DNA from: Andalucia godoyi And28
Lineage: Eukaryota > Protista > Jakobida
Assembly: GCA_009859145.1 (NCBI GenBank)
Contig: VRVR01000043.1
Span: forward strand, 120,332-184,331
Length of the DNA: 64,000 bases
Direction of reading: 5' to 3'
Position 1 is the first letter of the stretch, and each line of letters begins with the position of its first letter. The notes beneath the pieces were generated by a model. The model worked only from the letters and a program-made list of their open reading frames with translations. It was not told the DNA's origin and made no database searches. Shown here piece after piece: positions 33,133 to 42,905 of the stretch. Both the position numbers and the translations under genes were made by a program.

Positions 33133-33153
33133 TTAGTGTACAATAAAGGCGCA
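33020..33153 (+). ncRNA. Putative Fanzor omegaRNA scaffold of E1
   Basis: Hairpins 33026-33048, 33067-33091 and 33097-33139. GCCTTT (33055-33060) pairs with AAAGGC (33145-33150). Motifs are shared with E2 and E3. Confidence 0.75.
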
Positions 33154-33759
33154 GACCATGCGCGTTCTCGAGAACTGTACGACAGCTCCGAGAGTGGCGC
33201 ACCAACGTTGACGGGTGGGAGAACTGGCGCAGTAGCTCCAGATGCGTATTTTGAACATTGTTTTGCAGCTGTTCGCGAAGGCCAGCTATCGCACCTTCCA
33301 CATGTCCCAGTCGTGCGCATTCAGCGACGGAAACAGAGTGGTCAGCTCTAATATGCTGGAGATGTGGAAGTGGCAGAATGCTGCTGCAGGGTAAGTGAAT
33401 GGACTGACAATGAAACCGGTGACACAGAGGGAACCTACCAAGGTGCTGGACTCGTACCGCAGTTGTGGGGCGGGGGAGGGGGTACCAGGGGTTGCAGACG
33501 ACGCCCGACTCACATCAGCACCTGCGCTTGCAGTCGCATCATGACACCGTCGGGATGCAAGAGGAGACGCCGTCTTCTTCACGAGAGAGTAATGTGTCGC
33601 ATGTTGTCCCTGCAGCAGCGCAAGAAGACGGTGTTGACGACGATGCGGACGATAACGACGGGAGGAATGCAGATCCAACCGCAGCCCGAGTGTAAGACCA
33701 GCTAAAAAACGGAAGCTGGTGAACGAGGTGGTTGGATTGCGCAAGATGATTTTTAAATA

Positions 33760-36700
33760 TTACATACGCTTAAGCTGTGGGATTGCAGCGGATTTTGAGA
33801 GAGCATTCGGCGAAGAGGGCCCCGCAGACGCAGGGTGTCCGGAACCGTGACGTTTGATGCCAACTGCTTTTGAAAATCCTTTCACAACGTTGATTCCCCA
33901 CTTTCCAACATCCTTTACAGCTCCCCCAATGCCCTTTGGAATCGCCAGGATTCCAGTCTCCCGTGTTTCGCGGACAACTCCAACAACAGTATTCTTCAAG
34001 CCACGAATAATGCCAGTTGGGTTTCCGAGGACAGACAAGGAGCCAATAATGAGAGGAGACGAGAGCACGGAGTCCGTAAGATAGTGTTCAACAATCGCTT
34101 CTTGCAGCACTTCGGCGGATCCAAGAAACAAAACTCGGCGCCCGACGTGAGCACTCTGAGACTGTTGGGACGCACTGGCGAACTCGGTAGTGCGGCCAAG
34201 ATCAGAAGCATAGTAGCTCTGGAAAGTGGATAAATCAAAGCTCAATCCGGTCGAAGTGGTAGAACTCGAAGCTGCAAGACCGCCGGAGACGTTGGAAGGA
34301 AACAGAAATGCGGAAGTGGAAATTCGCAGATGCGGAGCGTGAATTCTACCAACAGAAACGGATCCGTCGAGAGTCACGGAGGATATTTCTACGGGGGCTG
34401 AAAGAGCAATCACCACAGGCCGAGCGGATGGTGGTGGGCATCCTGGAAGCACCACCTCTTCGGGAAAGTACTGCAGAACATCTTTTCCGTGTTTCTGCAC
34501 AAATGTGGAAAAGAGGACTTGCATCTGTGTAGCCCAGGAATCTTCTATCCGTAGCCCTACGTCCCCACAGACAGACAACACGGCACCTTCAGACAGATAA
34601 ACAAAATCCAACACTTGATTCTTGGATACGGATAATGAGGGAACGTGCAGCATAAACCCAGGAACTGCAAGGACATGACCGTGCTCTGCAGACGAGCTTC
34701 CATCAAATACATCCACCCCCGAGCATGAGAACTTCAAAGATTTGATCAATTGCGCTTCAACTTGCGTTTCTCTGATGCACACTGAAGCAACAGCGTCAAA
34801 CGAAGCCGGAGAAAATAACAGAACGCTGATTGTAGATATTTTCACAGAAACCGCTATGCCTGGATCCACAGGAACACGGACAACCAAGGAATGTAAGAAA
34901 CCGTCTTCAATCGGCTCCGACGACATTGAAAACCGAACCAACAAAACCGAATTCGAGATCGAAATGCATACAAAAACGCCAGAATCTGGTAATTGGCAAG
35001 TCCAACAACCATCTTTGCCTCCGACAATACTAGGAACCGACAATCTTTGAAGCACATCCGTCACAGCTCCAGCGTCGTCAAGCACAATAAGTCGAACCAC
35101 CAATCTCTTGTTGGGAGACGTCAGGAACATCTTTCCTTCCGGCCCGATATTACAGGCAGAAAACAGCGCCGGAACCTGCGCAGACTGGACAGTAATATGA
35201 AATGGAGATGTGTTCCAAAACACTAACGGACAAGGATTTGGGCTCAACGACATGGTTAGGATGCCCGTGGAATGGTCCGGAACACAGATAAGCGAAAACG
35301 GCGGACAGAATACCTCTTGCGGGCTGCGGATGGAAAAGGGAAGCGACCACTGACCACTGTCTCCAATCGAGACGCAAAGGAGATCGTCCAGTTTGCAAAA
35401 GATAGGGCAAGTGTCATCGGGAGAGACAAAGCCCACATTGTTCTCCTCGTGAGCTTCCATAAGCCGAAGAGGATGCGCCGTCATATTTCTTAAAAGAAAG
35501 CGAGGCCGCAATTCCACGCACACTCCAGATTTGAAACCAACACTCACAGCCAATGGAAGATCACCATGGAAAACATCAACGGTGCCGTGGAAGGACCACG
35601 ATAAAATGACTGGTTCCCCGAATGCATCCTTCAAGAAGATTCCGCCAACGGATACCTTGAAAGACCAATCTGTAACCTTCAAAACAGAGCCATCCAGGAC
35701 GCATCCAAGGCCTTGCAAGCACGAGGCAGTTCGTGTACGAACGAACGGAGCAACATGCACTACAATCGTCGAGAACAACATCGGGTGGCGACTCAGTGTA
35801 ATGACCAGCTCATCCACCTGCAAAGACCGAGCCACCAGCGACTGGATCGTGTTATCCGAATCCTGGCGACAATTTTCCAGACAGTCCGGCGGGATTCTAA
35901 CTGGGAGGCCTCCAACGACAACAGAAACATCAGCAAAAGGATCCGAAAAAGCCAAAACAGAAGCATTTTCAACTGTAGCACTCTCGTCGGAATCAACGAT
36001 GAAACAAGGCGAAAGATGGCTGAATCTCCCCACAGAATCCGCTAGAGGTGTCAACAAGAAAAACTGCTGTTTCGCATTGCTGAGTACAACACTTGTGTCT
36101 ACCACTTTTTTGCAAAGATGGAAGTCGGAGCCATAAACATCCGAAAAGAGACAATTCGGTTCAAATGTCGCACCGCAATTATTTTCTCGGACAGAAATAC
36201 GACTCAGCAGCGATGGGGCCGTTGAGTGCAACAGGACATCGACCTCCCTGTCATCATACGATACTAGGGCCTTATCCACTGTGACTCCACACAATGCGAA
36301 AGATGTCAGGAAGGAAGGAATGGCGATCCGAAAAGAAGGCCTGATGCACAAATTCGCAATACACGGTCTATCCGTGCATTCCATCAGCTCCAAAATGACA
36401 AGATACGGACCGACGGAGACTTCCTGGCGGATATTGAGTTGCGAAAAGCTAAAGGACGACGAACTGAACGAATCAAGAAACAAATTGAATGAGGCCAATA
36501 TCGGTACGTGCAACACAGCGGGAAACTCCGATATTCGATGCGGCCCACAGGAAATGGAGAACGGAAAACGCGACTGATTTTGAACAAAGAGGCTTCCAAC
36601 TTCGGAATGATGGGGAGAGAACTTCGACAAACATCGTAACGTACGCAGAACTGCCGCAGAAACACGTAAGTTGACTCGCGGAAGCGCGGCTTCCATGCGT

Positions 36701-39700
36701 CTACCCAATAAAAACATCAGAGAAATATCGACTTCCATGCAATTCGGAATAGCCTCTCCGGTTTCGACATCCGGTAACGAACATGAAACTTCAGAATTCA
36801 CAGACAGGGAATCTCCAAAATAGGAAAGAGCAAGTGGTCGAAGAAGGAGGTCGCATGTTAGATCACTCGAGAATAGCACAGACACGAGCACCTTCTCCGA
36901 TTTGAATTTGATGCTTTGGCTGTTGCTCGGAGACTGGATATCAGGCGCGGGCGACGGCGACGAAGGCAGCAAGAGAGACGTGTTAATTTCTGAAACGAGG
37001 ATCTCAAGATCTCGGATAAAGGACGGAAGATGGAAAGCAAAGATCTTCAAATGCAAAGATTTCAGAATGAAAGACGTGCTTCTGCCATGAACAAGAAGTA
37101 TGGAAACGTCGCTCGCCTCCCCAGATACGAAGCGACCATCCACCTTCACTGTAGAAAAGCACACCGCCATTGCCTCATGTTCATCAGGTGCGTTAAATAG
37201 CTTGCCCTGAGAAAAGCGGATAGTCTGCACGATCTCTTCCGTAAACGCCACGGAAACAAGAAGCAGTGGGAAAGGGACATCAAGCAAAATTTTCGAAGAA
37301 CTCGAATCGGAAGGGGTTTCCACGAGGCCGTGATTCTTGCTCTCGGCGGTCTTTTCCTCATCATCCGTGGATCCGGACTCAACGGAATGCGCGCTCATGG
37401 GAACCAAAGAAAAAGAGCGAGATGCATACTCATTGCAAAGACGCGAAAGCGTGACAACATCTGTTCCGGATATCCTAAGTTCCGCAAGATCAGCATCAGG
37501 ATCTTCCACAATCCTGGAAATCGAAGAATTTCGAATCCATTTCACGGTCCCCAAAGGCAAGCTCACAATAGTCGATGTAAGAGTTCTGAGACCAATGCAT
37601 TCGCTAACAACCTTCAACTCGAAATCAACATCGTCATGCAAGTGAAAATCTGTAATGAACAGAGAAAAACTTCCAAATTCCACAACGAACTTCGGAATCG
37701 ACAGACGACTTTCCCCGGCTGCAACAGGAGGCAGAGTAACACGAAAATTGTCAAAGATTCGACAAGCAAGCAAATGCTCCTCCAAGGCAGAAGACGACTC
37801 CGTACACACCAGCGATAGAGTATCTGCACTCGGCACATGAAAAATGAAGGATGGCGAGAATGACATATGCCACACATCATACTTACCACCAGGGACGATA
37901 AGAATCGAAAGCGTCACAGGATCAACCAGCACATGGGATCTGCCAAACAGCATTCTTGCACGAAATGAGAGATGCGCCTCCTTGCCCTTTTGCTCAAAAA
38001 CGAACTCTTTTCCTTCCAATAAGACAAGAGGAAGAACAGCAATGGTGAAGGAAGAAATCTCAACGGAAAGAGACGACGCTGCTACCGGCTCTTGCGACGC
38101 AACCGTTTCGGAAGATGCGTTCCCAGGAGACTGCCAGTGCCAGAAGCACACGAGCAATTTCGCATAGGGCAGAGCAACCTGAAGATTCCTGATGCTAACC
38201 GAGCGGGACGGCTGTGAAACCGAAAAACTCAGATCTTCAGCCAGAAGAAGCGTCTCTGAACCAGAGTGCAATGACAACGAAGTCTCAAACACTTGTGAAG
38301 ACATCGAAAACGACAGTGACATGATGTCCAATCTCGTGATCGCGGGGTCCCAGGGAAATAAGCGCAAAGGAATCTCGACAAAAGAAACACAATGAGGAAG
38401 CCTGAACGCAAAAGAGGATGGAAGCGGAAGTCGTATAGGAGTGGCATCATGCAGTTCTGCTGGAGGATCAGCCGCAGGAAATAGTCCTGATACTGCACCG
38501 ATTAGATCAAATACAGCAGAGAATGGTGCTAGATATCTCTTGGAAACCGTCTCCGACATCTTCGTAAGGAAGATGGCAACATCATCTACTGTCCACGGAT
38601 CCATGCCAAATAGGGATAAATTCACAATCCAGCCAACGCTGTCCGCAAATGATATGAAGTCGCTCGGAAAGAAGGAGAATTGAGGAACAACAAATGAAGT
38701 GCGATCGCAATGGAAATCCTGAATGGAAACAGAAACTTGATCCAGCAAGGACAGCTTGAACGCTGCCACTGCAGCGGACTCCGCAGAGAAGGCAAGTTCG
38801 GATGCTTCCAAAACCACATTCAATCCCCAGCGACCAATGAAACTGCGGACACCCACAGAGAGCCTTTCCAAATTGACGAGAACGCTGGACATTGAGAATC
38901 CACAATGACCGCCAGAAAAGTCAAAATCAATGGCAGAAACAGACAGAACTCGAGAATTATCAAGTTTGGCATGTCGAACTTCCAATTCGCAATCCTCCGC
39001 GGACCAAGATACTGAAAACTTTGGGATATCAACAGTAACGAGAACATCAGTAACAGAAACATCTCTCGGTGCAGTGCGGGAATCAGTTCCATCCTCGCTG
39101 TGTAGCACTGTTCCCAAACCATCCAGAATCAGCGGACACAATCGAAGGATCGATGAGACCCACAGATTGCATCCAGAGAGAAAGTTATCTACAGAAATTG
39201 CAGAGCTTCTGCAAGAAACCTTGAGATCTCTGTCATAAAAACTAACGGACAAGCCGTCCACTTCGAATGCGCCGTTCCAGAGTCCGACTGTCCCCGCATC
39301 TACGCCGACAAACCCGTTGGGAAGAGTGTGCACCTGAATGTCGGCGGATTGAACAATAGGGACATCATTGAAGGACAAAAAGAAAGAAGCGCAATAGACG
39401 TGCAGAGCAACAAGAACCTCAATGGAAGATTCGGCAGAGACACCGACTTTTGCAGGCTTGACTACGGAACGTGGAGGCTCGGAAGACGACGAAGCGGAAG
39501 CTGTTGAGGAAGCAGCGAAAGATTTGCTGTTTGATGTAGCTTCCTCTTCCGCCGTAATGAAGGACCACATCGATGATAGCCAACCCTTTTGGGTGCTTGC
39601 CGCTGTCTCCGTCGCGACGACAAGAGACAGCTGCTCCGTCTCACGAACCACCTCAACTTCGTCTCTCACATCATCCACAGAGCCTTGCAGATGCAGAGGC

Positions 39701-40515
39701 TTTACATTAGCCGCGAGCAACAGAAAGGACTTTGCAATTCTCATACCAAGTTCCACCGACTCGTCCGTGAGACGAATGTTCAAATGTTTCGTCCGAACAT
39801 CAGCAGTGAAAAATGGCTCATGCGGAAGGGGCTTCAGAAAAACATCCGAACGGACATCTGCATTCGTGTCGTCGACAAGAAAGGTCGACGTCAGCAGATA
39901 TGCCACTTTTAACCCTTGAACTTGCGAACGTCGTCTCATATGCTTTAAAGGACCCTCTGGAGAATGACTCTTTGTACGCCCCAGTGCATCTGACGGTGAT
40001 GAACTGCAGCAATCCAGCGACAGACAAAACGTGTCGATAGCCGTTTTCCCATCAACTACAATGATTCGTACGTTCCGGAGTTCAAAATTGACGTTGTGCA
40101 GAATAGAGTCCTGAAGCATCGAAAAATCAAACAGTACATCATCCAGCAGATCAAATTCCGAGCTCGCAGTCGTCACTTCCACAGGCACCGCCGTCGGTTT
40201 CTTCAATGGATCTTCCCGAAAATACACATGCTCATCCACCGCGATCCTCATTTCCAGACCTTCGATTACAATCTTTATGCTGTCGGACAGCAAAGACGAC
40301 CAAGGGATCATGAGAGACAGGAAGGAAATGGAGCCAGACACCAAGCGCACACCGCCAATCGGCAGTAAACTTGATATGTTCTCCGCATTCAGACTCACTT
40401 CTCTTAGAGACACCAAGCCACCGGATAAAGATAAGCGAAGATCAGAAGCAGAAAGATTCGTCGTATACGTCGACAAAGTACGCAGCAGAAAAGGAGCCAA
40501 GTAGGATTCCAGCAT
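33760..40515 (-). CDS. VPS13: VPS13-family (bridge-like lipid transfer) protein
   Basis: Chorein-N-like start MLESYLAPFLLRTLSTYTTNLSASDLRLSLSGGLVSLREVSLN. C-terminal IIGSLSVLGNPTGIIRGL typical of VPS13/ATG2 C-termini. 2251 aa. Confidence 0.75.
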   Translation of the reverse strand: MLESYLAPFLLRTLSTYTTNLSASDLRLSLSGGLVSLREVSLNAENISSLLPIGGVRLVSGSISFLSLMIPWSSLLSDSIKIVIEGLEMRIAVDEHVYFREDPLKKPTAVPVEVTTASSEFDLLDDVLFDFSMLQDSILHNVNFELRNVRIIVVDGKTAIDTFCLSLDCCSSSPSDALGRTKSHSPEGPLKHMRRRSQVQGLKVAYLLTSTFLVDDTNADVRSDVFLKPLPHEPFFTADVRTKHLNIRLTDESVELGMRIAKSFLLLAANVKPLHLQGSVDDVRDEVEVVRETEQLSLVVATETAASTQKGWLSSMWSFITAEEEATSNSKSFAASSTASASSSSEPPRSVVKPAKVGVSAESSIEVLVALHVYCASFFLSFNDVPIVQSADIQVHTLPNGFVGVDAGTVGLWNGAFEVDGLSVSFYDRDLKVSCRSSAISVDNFLSGCNLWVSSILRLCPLILDGLGTVLHSEDGTDSRTAPRDVSVTDVLVTVDIPKFSVSWSAEDCELEVRHAKLDNSRVLSVSAIDFDFSGGHCGFSMSSVLVNLERLSVGVRSFIGRWGLNVVLEASELAFSAESAAVAAFKLSLLDQVSVSIQDFHCDRTSFVVPQFSFFPSDFISFADSVGWIVNLSLFGMDPWTVDDVAIFLTKMSETVSKRYLAPFSAVFDLIGAVSGLFPAADPPAELHDATPIRLPLPSSFAFRLPHCVSFVEIPLRLFPWDPAITRLDIMSLSFSMSSQVFETSLSLHSGSETLLLAEDLSFSVSQPSRSVSIRNLQVALPYAKLLVCFWHWQSPGNASSETVASQEPVAASSLSVEISSFTIAVLPLVLLEGKEFVFEQKGKEAHLSFRARMLFGRSHVLVDPVTLSILIVPGGKYDVWHMSFSPSFIFHVPSADTLSLVCTESSSALEEHLLACRIFDNFRVTLPPVAAGESRLSIPKFVVEFGSFSLFITDFHLHDDVDFELKVVSECIGLRTLTSTIVSLPLGTVKWIRNSSISRIVEDPDADLAELRISGTDVVTLSRLCNEYASRSFSLVPMSAHSVESGSTDDEEKTAESKNHGLVETPSDSSSSKILLDVPFPLLLVSVAFTEEIVQTIRFSQGKLFNAPDEHEAMAVCFSTVKVDGRFVSGEASDVSILLVHGRSTSFILKSLHLKIFAFHLPSFIRDLEILVSEINTSLLLPSSPSPAPDIQSPSNSQSIKFKSEKVLVSVLFSSDLTCDLLLRPLALSYFGDSLSVNSEVSCSLPDVETGEAIPNCMEVDISLMFLLGRRMEAALPRVNLRVSAAVLRTLRCLSKFSPHHSEVGSLFVQNQSRFPFSISCGPHRISEFPAVLHVPILASFNLFLDSFSSSSFSFSQLNIRQEVSVGPYLVILELMECTDRPCIANLCIRPSFRIAIPSFLTSFALCGVTVDKALVSYDDREVDVLLHSTAPSLLSRISVRENNCGATFEPNCLFSDVYGSDFHLCKKVVDTSVVLSNAKQQFFLLTPLADSVGRFSHLSPCFIVDSDESATVENASVLAFSDPFADVSVVVGGLPVRIPPDCLENCRQDSDNTIQSLVARSLQVDELVITLSRHPMLFSTIVVHVAPFVRTRTASCLQGLGCVLDGSVLKVTDWSFKVSVGGIFLKDAFGEPVILSWSFHGTVDVFHGDLPLAVSVGFKSGVCVELRPRFLLRNMTAHPLRLMEAHEENNVGFVSPDDTCPIFCKLDDLLCVSIGDSGQWSLPFSIRSPQEVFCPPFSLICVPDHSTGILTMSLSPNPCPLVFWNTSPFHITVQSAQVPALFSACNIGPEGKMFLTSPNKRLVVRLIVLDDAGAVTDVLQRLSVPSIVGGKDGCWTCQLPDSGVFVCISISNSVLLVRFSMSSEPIEDGFLHSLVVRVPVDPGIAVSVKISTISVLLFSPASFDAVASVCIRETQVEAQLIKSLKFSCSGVDVFDGSSSAEHGHVLAVPGFMLHVPSLSVSKNQVLDFVYLSEGAVLSVCGDVGLRIEDSWATQMQVLFSTFVQKHGKDVLQYFPEEVVLPGCPPPSARPVVIALSAPVEISSVTLDGSVSVGRIHAPHLRISTSAFLFPSNVSGGLAASSSTTSTGLSFDLSTFQSYYASDLGRTTEFASASQQSQSAHVGRRVLFLGSAEVLQEAIVEHYLTDSVLSSPLIIGSLSVLGNPTGIIRGLKNTVVGVVRETRETGILAIPKGIGGAVKDVGKWGINVVKGFSKAVGIKRHGSGHPASAGPSSPNALSKSAAIPQLKRM

Positions 40516-40540
40516 TACGAATTCCCTGTAGGCGAAATTT

Positions 40541-40543
<3 letters not shown>

Positions 40544-40592
<49 letters not shown>
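40544..40592. repeat. (CA)n microsatellite
   Basis: About 24 perfect CA units. Confidence 0.95.
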
Positions 40593-40594
<2 letters not shown>

Positions 40595-41029
40595 CCAGCT
40601 TACAGATCAGTGCAAATAGACACTGTCCTCCAAAACAATATATGAACGATAATGACGACGACGAAAACAATGATATGACACACTTAACCCTGCTACAGCT
40701 CACCATAAACCAGAATTTGGAAGAGCCGAGCAGAACCACACCGCGGGGCTACTGCAGTGTGCGGACACGCAGAGAGGAGGATAAAGAATCGAAACTGAAG
40801 ACAGAGCTCAAAGTACTCGTAGACACGTCAGGAGACCGTTGAATAATAACACGTCATTGTCATGCATACGGAAGTGTATATAAACAGACACCTTCAATGC
40901 TGGCCGACACCAGCACGTTTGCTTCACATGGAATTCGTGCTTACGCACGCTCGGCCAGAATTCAGCTTGCGACACAGGCTCCGCATTTTCGACACTCTTT
41001 AACGCAGCATCCGTAGCCATCTATTCTAT

Positions 41030-41470
41030 CATTCGTTGGTTTCACTTTTTTTGGTGTCACTTTTTATTTCAAATATGGGCGTGAGTGCGCTAGGATGACG
41101 CATTCGCCTACGCCGACGCCGCTCGATGCAGGGCCTCCTACGTCCCACGGACCTCCTAAGAGAGCACGTGTCACTACGCCTACCGCCTCTTCCTCTCGTA
41201 TCTCCAGGTGCATCAATCGCTGCAACTGAGGACACGAAAGCGCCTGCTGCTAGGGCCGTCAGAATCAAAATGCACCCTTCTCAGGAACAACGTGCCATGC
41301 TGAGAAAGTGGCTCGCACATTGATCGAGATTGGGAACGGAGCGCGGAACATCTATCTGAAGAACACCGTGGGGCGTGTTGGGGGCCTATCCCCTTCGCGG
41401 CAACGGGATGCAGGATTGAATATGCATGTCTATTCGTAGATATGCGTGTTCAGTGTATAATGTAGGCGCA
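41030..41470 (+). mobile_element. E2: miniature non-autonomous Fanzor2 derivative (N-terminal stub fused to RuvC-III and an omegaRNA-like end); left end approximate
   Basis: RAVRIKMHPSQEQRAMLRKW (41252-41311, TnpB N-terminal HTH/WED type) joined at about 41315-41318 to IDRDW-(+G)-NGARNIYLKN, then the conserved TTGGGG(G)CCT module. Confidence 0.85.
41360..41470 (+). ncRNA. Putative Fanzor omegaRNA scaffold of E2
   Basis: Hairpin 41362-41379. 18-bp stem 41415-41432 with 41437-41454 closed by a TTCG tetraloop. GCCTAT (41384-41389) pairs with GTAGGC (41462-41467). Confidence 0.78.
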
Positions 41471-42015
41471 CATCCAATACAAATAAAAATCAAAGCAGAG
41501 CCCGCGAACGAAAACGACAAAAGCCCTGCGGTCGCGTCGAGTATGAAGCTGCCTCTTGATAGAAAAGCACGAACCCTAGATGATGTCTATCCCAGTTGAC
41601 AAAATCTCTGCAATTCGACGTTTTCCACAAGCTACGGAAACATCGCAGGGAGACTTGGAGAGAAAACACGGCGTCCCAGTCGACCAGTCGCTTCAGCAGG
41701 CTGCCTGCTGTACGCCTGCACGCCTGCAAACGTGAGGCTTGATGCTACCGCATGATTATTTTTTTTCTGACCGATTTTTTTCCCCCTCTCTGTCTGTCCT
41801 CACTGACCTGACATGTCGTTGATACAGCCAGATGGACGGGAATTGGGAAAGACAAACGTCCCTTTTCTCTCCGTTTGGCGCTCTTCTTTTGCAAATAATA
41901 AATAACCTCTTCAGAATTGCTTGTTCTTCCCCCGTCTACTTTTCCCACTGTTCTGTGGCTTGTTTGACATTCTTTGTTTATTGGTTGTTTGTCGTTGTTT
42001 TCCAAATTTGGTACG

Positions 42016-42849
42016 ATGAGCGCTCCGTCATCTCTTGTGAAGTATAACAATCCGATGCTTCTTTCGGAGGCTAGGAAAAAGGCGCTTTCCAAGGGGCCTG
42101 CTTCTGGCCCAGCCCCGTCGACGGCGGCGACGACACTTGGATCAACTTCTCGAACTGCTGGGGGTGCAAAAGGTAAGCCGAGCGCGCTTCCGCCCATGGA
42201 TGCATCCACTGGCGCTCCCAAGGGAGTGTCACTTGCATCCGTCTCTGCTCTGCAGACCGAGGATATTCTGAATGCCATCCTGCCACCTAGGGAGTGGGAC
42301 GAAAGTGGACAGAAGTGGGTACAACACGTGTCTGCAACACCGGCCACTCGTGCAGATGTTATTCATTTGCAGGAACAACTTGACAAGGCTTTGCAGTTGC
42401 GGCAGGCTCGTGAAACTGGAATTTGCCCTGTCCGTGAGGAACTTTACGCACAATCCTTTGATGAAATCATTCGCCAAGTTACGATCAACTGTGCCGAAAG
42501 GGGATTGCTTTTGCTGCGGATCAGAGATGAGCTGCGCATGACGATTGCTGCGTATCGGACGCTGTATGAATCGTCTGTCGCATTTGGAATGCGGAAGGCG
42601 TTGCTCTCGGAGCAAGGAAAGCTCGAACTTGCAGACCGGAATAAGGATCTTGAGGGACAAGTTGCCGCCCTTCAGAGACAAGCGAAGGAACTGCAGGCCA
42701 AATTGGAAGCCACAGAGAAACGAGAGGCCGAGCGCCGCGCTGCCGAGGAGAAGAAGTACACAGACGAAATCGCCTTCCTCAAGAAGACGAACCAGCAGCT
42801 CAAGAATCAGTTGGATAGTTTGTTGGCTCCGCAACAGAAAAAGGCATAA
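42016..42849 (+). CDS. DNALI1: Axonemal dynein light intermediate chain p28
   Basis: SLVKYNNP, EDILNAILPPREW, QARETGICPVREELYAQSFDEIIRQVTINCAERGLLLLRIRDE and YESSVAFGMRKAL. Confidence 0.95.
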   Translation: MSAPSSLVKYNNPMLLSEARKKALSKGPASGPAPSTAATTLGSTSRTAGGAKGKPSALPPMDASTGAPKGVSLASVSALQTEDILNAILPPREWDESGQKWVQHVSATPATRADVIHLQEQLDKALQLRQARETGICPVREELYAQSFDEIIRQVTINCAERGLLLLRIRDELRMTIAAYRTLYESSVAFGMRKALLSEQGKLELADRNKDLEGQVAALQRQAKELQAKLEATEKREAERRAAEEKKYTDEIAFLKKTNQQLKNQLDSLLAPQQKKA

Positions 42850-42905
42850 ATGTTTCAACGTACCTCGTTTCCTAAATTTTTTGTATGTGAGAAAATGTCA
42901 AATCA

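Larger units (their letters stand above)
32110..33153 (+). mobile_element. E1: internally deleted IS607-type Fanzor2 element (TnpA remnants, Fanzor/TnpB C-terminus, omegaRNA-like end); left end approximate
   Basis: MerR-like HTH start MYVEANVIKKKYNVSRQTLARWAKRG (32194). TnpA C-half EVVVAHRDRLCRYG...ELADDLLSIVNVFVARRNGKRSA. Fanzor C-terminal motifs and a structured 3' end follow. Confidence 0.9.
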
